Assembly: GCA_044352465.1 (NCBI GenBank) | Contig: JBILDU010000065.1 | Coordinates: forward strand, 1 to 17,725 | Direction of reading: 5' to 3' | From: Bdellovibrionota bacterium | GTDB taxonomy: Bacteria > Bdellovibrionota_C > UBA2361 | Length of the DNA: 17,725 nt | Part shown: positions 7,798 to 15,580 of the stretch, piece by piece | Position numbering within the stretch: the stretch's first letter is position 1 | How the letters are laid out: each line of letters starts with the position of its first letter | The notes under the pieces: generated by a model | Database searches by the model: none | Told to the model about the DNA's origin: nothing | The model's input: the letters and a program-made list of their open reading frames with translations, nothing else | Position numbers and translations under genes: made by a program

Positions 7798-8706
7798 ATG
7801 GACCGGATGAAAGCCTTAACCGAGATCTTACCGTACGTTCGAGAGTTCGTTGGGCGGACATTTGTCGTAAAGATCGGAGGAGAGATCTGCTCCGGGAACT
7901 ATCTTGCCGGGATCGCCGAACAGGTCAGCCTCCTTCATCACATGGGTATTAAAGTCGTGCTCGTCCACGGCGGTGGCCCCCAGATGGACGAACTTCTCGG
8001 TGAGCTCGGGCTTGAACCTAAAAAAGTGGCTGGTCGTCGTATCACCGACACCCCGACGCTACGGGCGGCAAAGATGGCGTTCAAGGGGGTGCTCAATACC
8101 GATATCGTCGCAGCATTAAAGACCCACGGCGCGCTCGCGGTCGGACTCTCGGGCGCTGACGGTAGCATCATCATCGCCGAAAAGCGCCCGCCGACAAGGG
8201 GAAAGGCGGAGTCGGGCGAAATCGTTACCATCGACTACGGGCACGTCGGTGAAATCGTGGTCGTGAATCCGAGCCTCATACAGACACTCTTAGGGCAAAA
8301 CTATATTCCGGTGGTCTGCTCCCTCGGAATCGGCGCAGACGGTGCTCTTTACAATATCAACGCTGACACCATCGCCGCTGAGCTCGCTCGAGCAGTATCA
8401 GCGGCGAAACTTGTTCTCATGACGAACGTCCCAGGACTTCTACGTGACATCAAAGACCCAACGAGCCTCATCTCCTACACCGACATCGCATCGCTCTCAA
8501 ATATGGTCAAAGACGGAGTCATTAAAGATGGCATGCTCCCCAAGATCGAGGCGTGCATATCAGCGGTGCAGCGCGGTGTCTCACGCACCCATATCGTCGA
8601 CGGCACCCGCCAGAACTCCCTTCTGCTTGAGCTTTTCTCTAATGAGGGCTGCGGCACGATGATCGTTGATACCGACGAGAAGCGGCACTATGAAGCCTCA
8701 AGCTGA
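7798..8706 (+). CDS. argB: Acetylglutamate kinase
   Basis: ATG at 7798 with AGAGGGGG upstream (the track start at 7732 overlaps argF). Motifs VVKIGG, VHGGGPQ, GRRITD, NINADTIA, MTNVPG, GMLPKI and ELFSNEGCGT. Confidence 0.95.
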   Translation: MDRMKALTEILPYVREFVGRTFVVKIGGEICSGNYLAGIAEQVSLLHHMGIKVVLVHGGGPQMDELLGELGLEPKKVAGRRITDTPTLRAAKMAFKGVLNTDIVAALKTHGALAVGLSGADGSIIIAEKRPPTRGKAESGEIVTIDYGHVGEIVVVNPSLIQTLLGQNYIPVVCSLGIGADGALYNINADTIAAELARAVSAAKLVLMTNVPGLLRDIKDPTSLISYTDIASLSNMVKDGVIKDGMLPKIEACISAVQRGVSRTHIVDGTRQNSLLLELFSNEGCGTMIVDTDEKRHYEASS

Positions 8707-8730
8707 TCTCCCCGGGCGGCTTCGCAGCAA

Positions 8731-9630
8731 CTACGGCTGACGATAGAGCCGGTACATCGTCAGCATCCTCTTTTTCTGTTGGCTCGTGAAGCTACGGGTG
8801 CAGAGATCATCGGTGTAGCTCATAAAATTTCGAATCGGATCAAGCCCGGGCTGCTGCGGGCACGAATCGGTCGCCCGACAGGAAAAATGAGGCACCCGTT
8901 CCGCCGGGGTATCGGCGACGCGGTCCCCCTTGCCACGACACCCGTTGTTCGTCGATGAAATGCGTGAATCCGGGCGGGGGGGCTCATGGGTGTGCAACAA
9001 GCCAAGCCAATGCCCGACCTCGTGAACCAAAGTTTTTCCCTTATTGTATCGCGACTGAGAAGCTCCCGGTAAGGTCGTGTGGTGCAGATACACCCCGTCA
9101 TAGAGCGGATACTCTCGATAGTCGCTGGGGGGCGAGGCGACCCCCAAAACGTCCGACGGCTCCTCAATATACGGTTCGTGAACGTATACGTTTAAGGTTC
9201 GGGCATCGCCGACCCGGAGCGCCTGGACCATCGCCTCTGTCTCTGTTGAATCCAGCTGAAGCTCGAACCACGCATCGTTTACCACCGTATTGATAGCCGA
9301 CGTGGAAAACCTAAAATTACCCCGATAAGCGCTATTTAAAAGACTGACCTGCGCTGCAATTTTCCCCGAGGTCGCCTCGTTACCCCCATCCGACGACTGA
9401 ATGATGTGAAAAACGACCGGAATATTGATCGGTGCTGCCGCGCTCACCGCTGGCGAAAACGTCTCAGCCAGAGCGACACGCGCCTCCATCATAGCCATCT
9501 CCCGGGGGCTTCGAGGCTCAAAACCGCATCGACGTCCCCCACGCTGCCGCCCAGAGGGCTCCGCGACAACAACGGTGGAGATAAAAATACTTACCAGAGA
9601 AATCAGGAACAATTTGGATCTAATCGCCAT
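8731..9630 (-). CDS. Secreted zinc metalloprotease, M43 (pappalysin/ulilysin-like metzincin)
   Basis: Signal-peptide-like N-terminus, RRCG putative cysteine switch, IPVVFHII, HEVGHWLGLLHT zinc motif, VADTP and Met-turn NFMSYTDD. Confidence 0.9.
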   Translation of the reverse strand: MAIRSKLFLISLVSIFISTVVVAEPSGRQRGGRRCGFEPRSPREMAMMEARVALAETFSPAVSAAAPINIPVVFHIIQSSDGGNEATSGKIAAQVSLLNSAYRGNFRFSTSAINTVVNDAWFELQLDSTETEAMVQALRVGDARTLNVYVHEPYIEEPSDVLGVASPPSDYREYPLYDGVYLHHTTLPGASQSRYNKGKTLVHEVGHWLGLLHTHEPPRPDSRISSTNNGCRGKGDRVADTPAERVPHFSCRATDSCPQQPGLDPIRNFMSYTDDLCTRSFTSQQKKRMLTMYRLYRQP

Positions 9631-10392
9631 TCCGGGATTTTACCCCGAGAAGAGTCACCCTACCAAGAGGATTATCGACCCCTGGTCCCAAAAATACGTC
9701 GTATCCAACCCTGTACACCGGCAGAATCTTAGCTCCGTTGAGGAAGGATGCCGAACTTTCACAGGAGCGCGCCCGGCCCCCCCCCTGGGCCACAGCGTGA
9801 GAGATGAATGGCTCTTATTATCTTTTGAACAGCTTACTCAGAACTCTACACTCGAGTCTTGAATACGCTACTCATCGTTCTAGGCCATTTTCTATGGTCT
9901 CTACCTCAACAATTCCGCATCTGACCCCATTGACTTACATGACCTCCGTATCGTTTACCAACAACAGAGACACCCCATGACCCGGCCTCCAGCGTGTGCT
10001 CGTTAGGAATGCTCCCGGTGGAGACCTCCTCACCGAGTAACCGATGAACTGTTATGAAAAATCCCAACAACCGCCTTCTCACCTTCATGACGGGGCTTCT
10101 CTTTGGACATCCAGCCCTCGCCGGATCGTGCGACTCATGCAATCCGTCGCTCAATAACGAGTCCGCGCGTCAACGAGCAGGGTTGGGGAAAAATGAACTC
10201 CTGTCCTTTGTTCAGGATTGCAAACGTTCATTCGCACCTGGAATAGCGCGAACAGAAGCGCAATCCCAAACTGAAAACTAGGGGAATGAACTTGTGGCAC
10301 CAGGCACTATTCGGCTCAGGGCCGTCGTGGCTCCGCACAACGTCGCTCCGATATCCGTCGGCAAAGCCATCTTCCTGAGGCATAAATAGCGC

Positions 10393-11163
10393 TCACTCTT
10401 GATAGCGACTGAGGAGCGCCCGATTGAAGCAAAATAGATTCTCTCCCCGGTGAACGAAATCGAATTCACGGGCTGACATCGCCCTTAAAAACGGCTTCGA
10501 CGTCCCCGCAAACGGAAACATCCAATCGTGCAGTTCGATAACGATGAGAGGAAACTCGTCGATCCAGTCGGTCGGCTCCTGAAAAAGATCAGCCTCCGCT
10601 CCCTCGATGTCGATCTTAAAAATAAATGGGGTGGTGTTTTCGCCTATGATCCGACTGAGTATCGCCCGGGGCGAGATCGTTTCGATCGTCGGTGCGGAAG
10701 GTTCGTCGCTCAAAGCGGTCAGCTCCCCGGGGTAAACTCGCGTTGTCCGGAACGCCCAATCCGAGAAACCCGGGTCCTGGATTGTAGCTCGCCCTTCCTC
10801 ACTCCCGATAGCGCCGTAAAAGTTAATCTTGTGCGACAGCACCGCGGTGTTCGCCTCGAGAAGTTCAAAATTATCCCGCTGCGGCTCGACACTGAAAATA
10901 AACGCCTCAGGATAGGCGAGCCAAAACCAAAGCGGACTCGCCCCGATGTTGGCCCCCGCATCGATAATCAGCGGACGCTTCGAGCTACTCACTATCGTGC
11001 GATAGTGCTCGATCAAGCATCTCCCCTGCGGCCACTGGTCCACCCGGTAATCGTTTTGCTTGAAAATCTGCGTGATGACACCGTTGTCACCGACCGAATC
11101 GGTGCGAAACTGCAAAGGGAACTCCCGGTCACCAAGCGTCAGTGTAATGGTCGATACATTCAT
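10393..11163 (-). CDS. FkbM-family SAM-dependent methyltransferase
   Basis: IIDAGANIG, VEP, FKIDIEGAE and IVIELHD motifs; 256 aa. Confidence 0.9.
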   Translation of the reverse strand: MNVSTITLTLGDREFPLQFRTDSVGDNGVITQIFKQNDYRVDQWPQGRCLIEHYRTIVSSSKRPLIIDAGANIGASPLWFWLAYPEAFIFSVEPQRDNFELLEANTAVLSHKINFYGAIGSEEGRATIQDPGFSDWAFRTTRVYPGELTALSDEPSAPTIETISPRAILSRIIGENTTPFIFKIDIEGAEADLFQEPTDWIDEFPLIVIELHDWMFPFAGTSKPFLRAMSAREFDFVHRGENLFCFNRALLSRYQE

Positions 11164-11416
11164 CGCTAACTCAGCAAAAGACTACTCTTGATAACGATAC
11201 GATAATATAAATCCTTCACGAGCGGCACACCCGATCGAGGAGGAGATTTCTGACCCCCGACGCGGCCTCTTCTCGCGCCGAGTGACCGACCACCGCTGCT
11301 CCGATGAGTCGCGAGACCGCGACGACCGCTTGATGATTCAGAGAAGAGAACTTCCCCGCACATGAATCAGGTGCTTCCGTCTTGACTAGGGGAAGCCACG
11401 GTGGTACCTACGAGAG

Positions 11417-11470
11417 ATGACGAACATCGTCCTCAACCACTTCCGCTCGTTCCACCATCGCCGCGCCTAG
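11417..11470 (+). CDS. Putative leader peptide MTNIVLNHFRSFHHRRA (17 aa)
   Basis: ATG at 11417 to TAG at 11470 with clustered His/Arg codons before the stop. Preceded by TTGACT (11382-11387), N17, then an imperfect -10 TACCTA with extended TG; followed by a pyrimidine-rich tract. Confidence 0.55.
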   Translation: MTNIVLNHFRSFHHRRA

Positions 11471-11587
11471 GCGATACAATCTTTTTCCGTTTTTCATCCT
11501 AGTCATTTTCATTTTCGCGTTTTTCACTTTCGCTCCTGGCGTTGGTGTCTTTGATACACGCCTTGAGGACGAATTCAGGCGCGCCAG
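11457..11587 (+). promoter_or_regulatory. Putative attenuator: hairpin over the leader stop codon, U/C-rich tract and alternative hairpins
   Basis: ATCGCC (11457-62) pairs with GGCGAT (11470-75). About six TTT(T)C units lie in 11481-11531. Hairpin GGCGT-tg-GTGTC-ttt-GATAC-ACGCC at 11538-11562 competes with CTGGCG (11536-41)/CGCCAG (11582-87). Confidence 0.45.
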
Positions 11588-11608
11588 CCGCGCTGTAGGG
11601 ACCTCTGT

Positions 11609-13552
11609 ATGACGAATTACGACCCCGGCTTGGATCGCCCCGGCGATCGAGCCGACTTATCCCAATTATCAATTCCCCGTAATCGCTCTCCGCTGCCGCC
11701 GGCTAAGCGAGCGCTGACGTTTGAGATCAACCCCGAGTGTAAATACTTTGTCTCATGCGTAGACACCGAGCGAGCGCTCGAGCCGTGGATCAAGAGTATT
11801 GGGGAAAAACTTGGCAAAAGACCTGAGGAGATACTCCCCACTTTGAAGCCGCTCTACGAGGATTTCGTCGGAAAGGTCATGGGGCAAATCAACGGCTGTG
11901 GCTTCCAAGTGATCTTGCTGCCGTCACGTATCCTTGAGACCAGGCTTCGCGATAATACGAACGGTCTTTTCACGGTTTCTTTGAACGCGGGGGATGCATG
12001 GTGCGATTTCCGGCTCGAACTCTCTCGTCGATTCGACAGCGCGGGTAAAGAGCTGCTTGGGATGACCGCACGCCCGGGGGCTCCAACCATCGAGGAGCAG
12101 CTCACTGCACTGCGCGCGCAGCTCGAGCGCCGCGGAATAAAGAGCATATGCCTCGTCGATGACCACGCTTTCTCCTGCCGCACTCTCGAAAGTGCGGTCG
12201 AGGCGCTCGAGTCGATAGGCATTGGGGTAAGCCAGATCGCCGTTCTCTCTCAGGTCGGAGATTCGGCTGTGCTAGCTCGCCGAGGAATTCCGATTATTCC
12301 GGCATGTCGCTTCGTTGGCCCAGAGGGGGCGTCGGTCCTCGACTGCGTTGAGTTAGTTGAGGCGCGGTATTTCCTCCTCGGGAGTGCTGGCTGTGTGGTC
12401 GACCTCGGAGGTGGAGTGAAAGGCCGCGCGCCGTACCTCCTGCCCTTCGCCGATCCGACGAACCGAGCGAGTATTCCACCGGAGCGCGCAGTAGCATTCT
12501 CAATCACGGCTCTGCGTTACAACGCCGAATTCTTTGCTGCTATCGAACGTGAATTTGGGGTGAGGTTAACAGCAGCTGATGGGCGTGCCGATGCGACTAC
12601 GGTTCTCGAGCGGTATGGTATCGAAGCCGCTCAGCCGCTCCAAGAAGCCGCTGAGAGTGTCGCCAAACGCCTCGAAGCAGGTCTCCGTGAAGGAGGTCCG
12701 TGGTCCAACGCCTCTCCCCGCAGGGCAGAGGAATTGGGGCAGGCCCTGCGGGCGGCCAACCTTCCACAGCGGTGTCTCTTTCTTGATGTGAACGGAACCC
12801 TGATCGAGCGCGGACAGTCGGGGATCGCTGCCGGGGCGGAGGAGCCCTTAAAGGCTGAGATCCGACGGCTTCAAGGGCAAGGGGTCGCGGTGGGGTTGTG
12901 TTCCGATAGTCCCGGGATTCCCCTTCAGAGGCTCGCTCAGCAACTCGGTATGCGGGGTCCGATTCTGGCGGAGAATGGGAACTTACTCCTCACCGACCGG
13001 GATTCCGTGGTGCTCACTCCCCTACCAAATCGTGCGGAGCTCGAAACGCAAATTCGAAGCATCGCCCGCGCAAACGGGATCACCGAGGAGCCCGCGATGG
13101 AGGCGGTCGATTTTGGTGGCTCACCACCCGATCTGCGTGGTCGCTTCGCCTTTGGGCGAGGCCGACAGACCTCGGTGGCGTGCTTTGGAGACCCCAGATT
13201 CATCGCCCGACTTGAGTTAGTAAGCCGTGAGCAGGGCTGGGCTCAGACGTTCGGCGTGAGCCTCGATTGCAATCCCAACTGGGGACCGTACGGGGTCGCG
13301 ATAGCGCACCCCGGGAGCGCCGTGGTCGCGGGCAAGGGCATGGCCCTCGATCTTTTGACTCGCTATGGTATCGAGCGATCGTGGATCATCGGTGACGGTG
13401 CTGCCGATTGTATCGAGGGCAATAGCAAGGTGAGAAGTTTTCTCGTGGGGCAGCTCGGCTCCCCGCTTGGAGCACGGGCTGCGCGAGCCACCCCACAGGC
13501 GGGACTTGCAGCGGTAATCGAGCTTATGAATGAGGTCAGCAAGGAGGCGTAG
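11609..13552 (+). CDS. Fusion protein: type I phosphoribosyltransferase-like domain plus Cof-type HAD hydrolase domain
   Basis: 647 aa. PRPP-loop-like ICLVDDHAFSCRTL near nt 12146-12187. HAD motif I FLDVNGTL near nt 12780, motif II GLCSDS, ILAENG, Lys in GKG and motif IV IIGDGAAD. Confidence 0.7.
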   Translation: MTNYDPGLDRPGDRADLSQLSIPRNRSPLPPAKRALTFEINPECKYFVSCVDTERALEPWIKSIGEKLGKRPEEILPTLKPLYEDFVGKVMGQINGCGFQVILLPSRILETRLRDNTNGLFTVSLNAGDAWCDFRLELSRRFDSAGKELLGMTARPGAPTIEEQLTALRAQLERRGIKSICLVDDHAFSCRTLESAVEALESIGIGVSQIAVLSQVGDSAVLARRGIPIIPACRFVGPEGASVLDCVELVEARYFLLGSAGCVVDLGGGVKGRAPYLLPFADPTNRASIPPERAVAFSITALRYNAEFFAAIEREFGVRLTAADGRADATTVLERYGIEAAQPLQEAAESVAKRLEAGLREGGPWSNASPRRAEELGQALRAANLPQRCLFLDVNGTLIERGQSGIAAGAEEPLKAEIRRLQGQGVAVGLCSDSPGIPLQRLAQQLGMRGPILAENGNLLLTDRDSVVLTPLPNRAELETQIRSIARANGITEEPAMEAVDFGGSPPDLRGRFAFGRGRQTSVACFGDPRFIARLELVSREQGWAQTFGVSLDCNPNWGPYGVAIAHPGSAVVAGKGMALDLLTRYGIERSWIIGDGAADCIEGNSKVRSFLVGQLGSPLGARAARATPQAGLAAVIELMNEVSKEA

Positions 13553-13558
13553 TCAAAT

Positions 13559-14518
13559 ATGATAGACCAGAGCAACCCCACAATCGTGATCGACACCGAT
13601 CCAGGCGTCGATGACATTCTGGCGATTTTCTTTGCCCTTGGATCGAAGGCTGTGCAAGTGGCTGGATGCACCACCTGCATGGGCAATGCCCCCCTCGATA
13701 TCGTCACTCGAAACCTCGCCTTCGCACTCGGAGCTGTAGGTCATGAATCGGTGCCGATTTACACCGGAGCCGCCGCGCCGTCGAATCAAGCCCCGGTTTG
13801 GGCATCGACACACGGAGTTCAGGGACTCGGCCGAATTGTGCCTGACCCTTTTCCGATACCGACTGCCGGGAGTGCGCGTGATAAGTTCACTCGTGGGGCC
13901 GCGCTCCCCTATCAACTCGTGGCGCTCGCCCCTTTAACGAATATCGCCCAGGCGCTGAGCACAGACCCGCGGTGTTTCGATCGATGCAGCCGACTCATCA
14001 TCCTCGGTGGAGCTATCACTGCCCCGGGAAATAAAAGCGCTGTAGCTGAGTTCAACTTTTTCTCCGACCCGGAGGCAGCGGATGCGGTGCTCGCGCAGTG
14101 CCCGTGTCCGATCACACTCATTCCGCTCGACCTGTGCTATACTGCTGTCATTGCTCTCAGCGATCTCGAACGGGTGGAGGACCCAGAGTTTCGTTCCTTC
14201 TTGATGCACCTGTGCGAACCGTACGCCGTGGGGGGCGAACGGGAGGAGGGTATTCCCGGAATAATCCTCTACGATCCGCTCGCTGTCTTTGCGGCGATCG
14301 CACCAGACGCCTTCACCTATACCCCCGCAGCAGTTCGGGTCGACACCGGCCAGAGCCACGCCCGCGGGATGAGTGTAGCGGATCGCCGCCTTCGCTCAAC
14401 GACCCCGCCAAACGTCACCGTTGCAACCGCGGTGGATTTGGCTGCTTTCAGAGCCTCGTTCTTCGCAGCCCTGAATCGCCTGCGCTATGCCCCGCGCTAT
14501 CGTTTCCGCGTCACCTAG
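13559..14518 (+). CDS. Nucleoside hydrolase (IU-NH/Rih family)
   Basis: DTDPGVDD Ca/ribose motif, HGVQGLG, ALAPLTNIA, GNKSAVAEFNFFSDPEAA and LYDPLAV. SD AAGGAGG lies in the end of the upstream gene; 6-nt gap. Confidence 0.92.
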   Translation: MIDQSNPTIVIDTDPGVDDILAIFFALGSKAVQVAGCTTCMGNAPLDIVTRNLAFALGAVGHESVPIYTGAAAPSNQAPVWASTHGVQGLGRIVPDPFPIPTAGSARDKFTRGAALPYQLVALAPLTNIAQALSTDPRCFDRCSRLIILGGAITAPGNKSAVAEFNFFSDPEAADAVLAQCPCPITLIPLDLCYTAVIALSDLERVEDPEFRSFLMHLCEPYAVGGEREEGIPGIILYDPLAVFAAIAPDAFTYTPAAVRVDTGQSHARGMSVADRRLRSTTPPNVTVATAVDLAAFRASFFAALNRLRYAPRYRFRVT

Positions 14519-14685
14519 CTCGCAGCGATTTATGTGAATGACGAGCAGCCCCCCGGTGTTCCCCCCTCGGCAACGCTGGCCCACTTCGGTTGATAACACT
14601 ACCGCAACGATGGAAGAGGCGCACGCTTGGGTATCCAGCCTAATCACCTACGTAGTTAATAATATTGGACTTATCCGTAGTAAAT

Positions 14686-14715
14686 TTGACAGACCAGATC
14701 AGACCAGACTATACT
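14686..14715 (+). promoter_or_regulatory. sigma70 promoter of vapBC with a direct-repeat operator in the spacer
   Basis: TTGACA (14686-91), 18 bp, TATACT (14710-15); CAGACCAGA repeated at 14690-98 and 14700-08. Confidence 0.75.
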
Positions 14716-14722
14716 TATGAAC

Positions 14723-14959
14723 ATGATCATCAAGAACATCTCCGAAGCGAAAGCCGAGCTCTCAGCACTCCTTGAGCAAGTTCTGAAGGGAGAGGAGGTG
14801 ATTATCGGGAAGGCCGGTGTCCCGATCGCGCGGATAGTCCGCTACAGCGGACTTGAACGCGCTCGAACTCCGGGCGCTCTTCGGGGAAAGATAACGATCG
14901 CACCCGATTTCGATGAACTTCCAGACGATATTGCAGAGTCGCTTGGAGTAAAGCCGTGA
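14723..14959 (+). CDS. vapB: Phd/YefM-family antitoxin (VapB-type)
   Basis: NISEAKAELSALLEQVLKGEEVIIGKAGVPIARIV and C-terminal GALRGKITIAPDFDELP. ATG 14723 is preferred over 14717 because 14717 is only 2 nt from the -10 box. Confidence 0.88.
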   Translation: MIIKNISEAKAELSALLEQVLKGEEVIIGKAGVPIARIVRYSGLERARTPGALRGKITIAPDFDELPDDIAESLGVKP

Positions 14960-15330
14960 GATATCTCCTCGATACGCACATCCTCCTCTGGTGGCTCGCT
15001 GATTCCTCCGACCTCACAAAAAGCGCGCGGGAGACGATATCGAAACGGGAAAACTTCGTGATGGTGAGTGCCGCCTCGATCTGGGAGATTCGCATCAAGC
15101 AAGGGATCGGAAAGATTCAGCTTCCCCCCGATTTCGAAGTGATCGTGGCGGAGGCTCCGTTTGAGCATCTCTCTATCACCTCGCGTCACGCTCACGCGGT
15201 CTTTGAACTCCCGCTTCACCACCGCGACCCGTTTGACCGACTCCTTATCGCACAAGCTCAGTGCGAAAACTTAACGCTTCTTACCCACGATCGAAACCTT
15301 GCGGTGTACGATGTGGGAGTCGCGTTTTAA
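14956..15330 (+). CDS. vapC: PIN-domain ribonuclease toxin
   Basis: GTG start overlapping the antitoxin stop (GTGA); LLDTHILLW, SAASIWEI, HRDPFDRLLIAQA and LLTHD. Confidence 0.93.
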   Translation: MRYLLDTHILLWWLADSSDLTKSARETISKRENFVMVSAASIWEIRIKQGIGKIQLPPDFEVIVAEAPFEHLSITSRHAHAVFELPLHHRDPFDRLLIAQAQCENLTLLTHDRNLAVYDVGVAF

Positions 15331-15394
15331 TGGGAGGTAGAATCTATTTTCGATCCGCCCGACAGGAGCAGCACCCGTCTCGAAATCGGCGGTC

Positions 15395-15580
15395 TCAGTA
15401 AAACTTACGGTCGATGAGCCCCGCATCGCGGATCGCCCTCTCCCATATGGAGCGTACAAACCGCTCCCGCTCTGCAGCCTTACGGCGCTGCTCTGCCAGA
15501 TACTCCGGCATCTTCTCCAAAAGCTCACAGAGAGAGCGAATCTTCGGGTCGCTTATCATGTTTAGCTCATCGTCGCTCAT
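15395..15580 (-). CDS. Small charged helical protein, likely partner of the upstream ATPase
   Basis: ATG at 15580 with GGAG upstream; 61 aa MSDDELNMISDPKIRSLCELLEKMPEYLAEQRRKAAERERF...; overlaps the 3' end of the extended ATPase frame. Confidence 0.6.
   Translation of the reverse strand: MSDDELNMISDPKIRSLCELLEKMPEYLAEQRRKAAERERFVRSIWERAIRDAGLIDRKFY

Noticed and set aside
4612..8706. LysW-dependent (lysYJZ/argX) pathway interpretation
   Set aside because: No LysW carrier, LysX/ArgX ligase or LysK in the window; the kinase looks like a classic NAGK.
9906..10281. Small ORFs 10054-10281 (+, contains CxxC) and 9906-10154 (-)
   Set aside because: No recognisable family or clear SD, and they overlap each other; cannot be supported, though a small gene is not excluded.
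10528..11169. 213-aa plus-strand ORF and similar long antisense ORFs over the arg genes
   Set aside because: Shadows of well-supported genes on the opposite strand, as expected in GC-rich coding DNA.
14538..14720. 60-aa ORF between the nucleoside hydrolase and vapB
   Set aside because: Runs through the vapBC promoter/operator and has no recognisable features.
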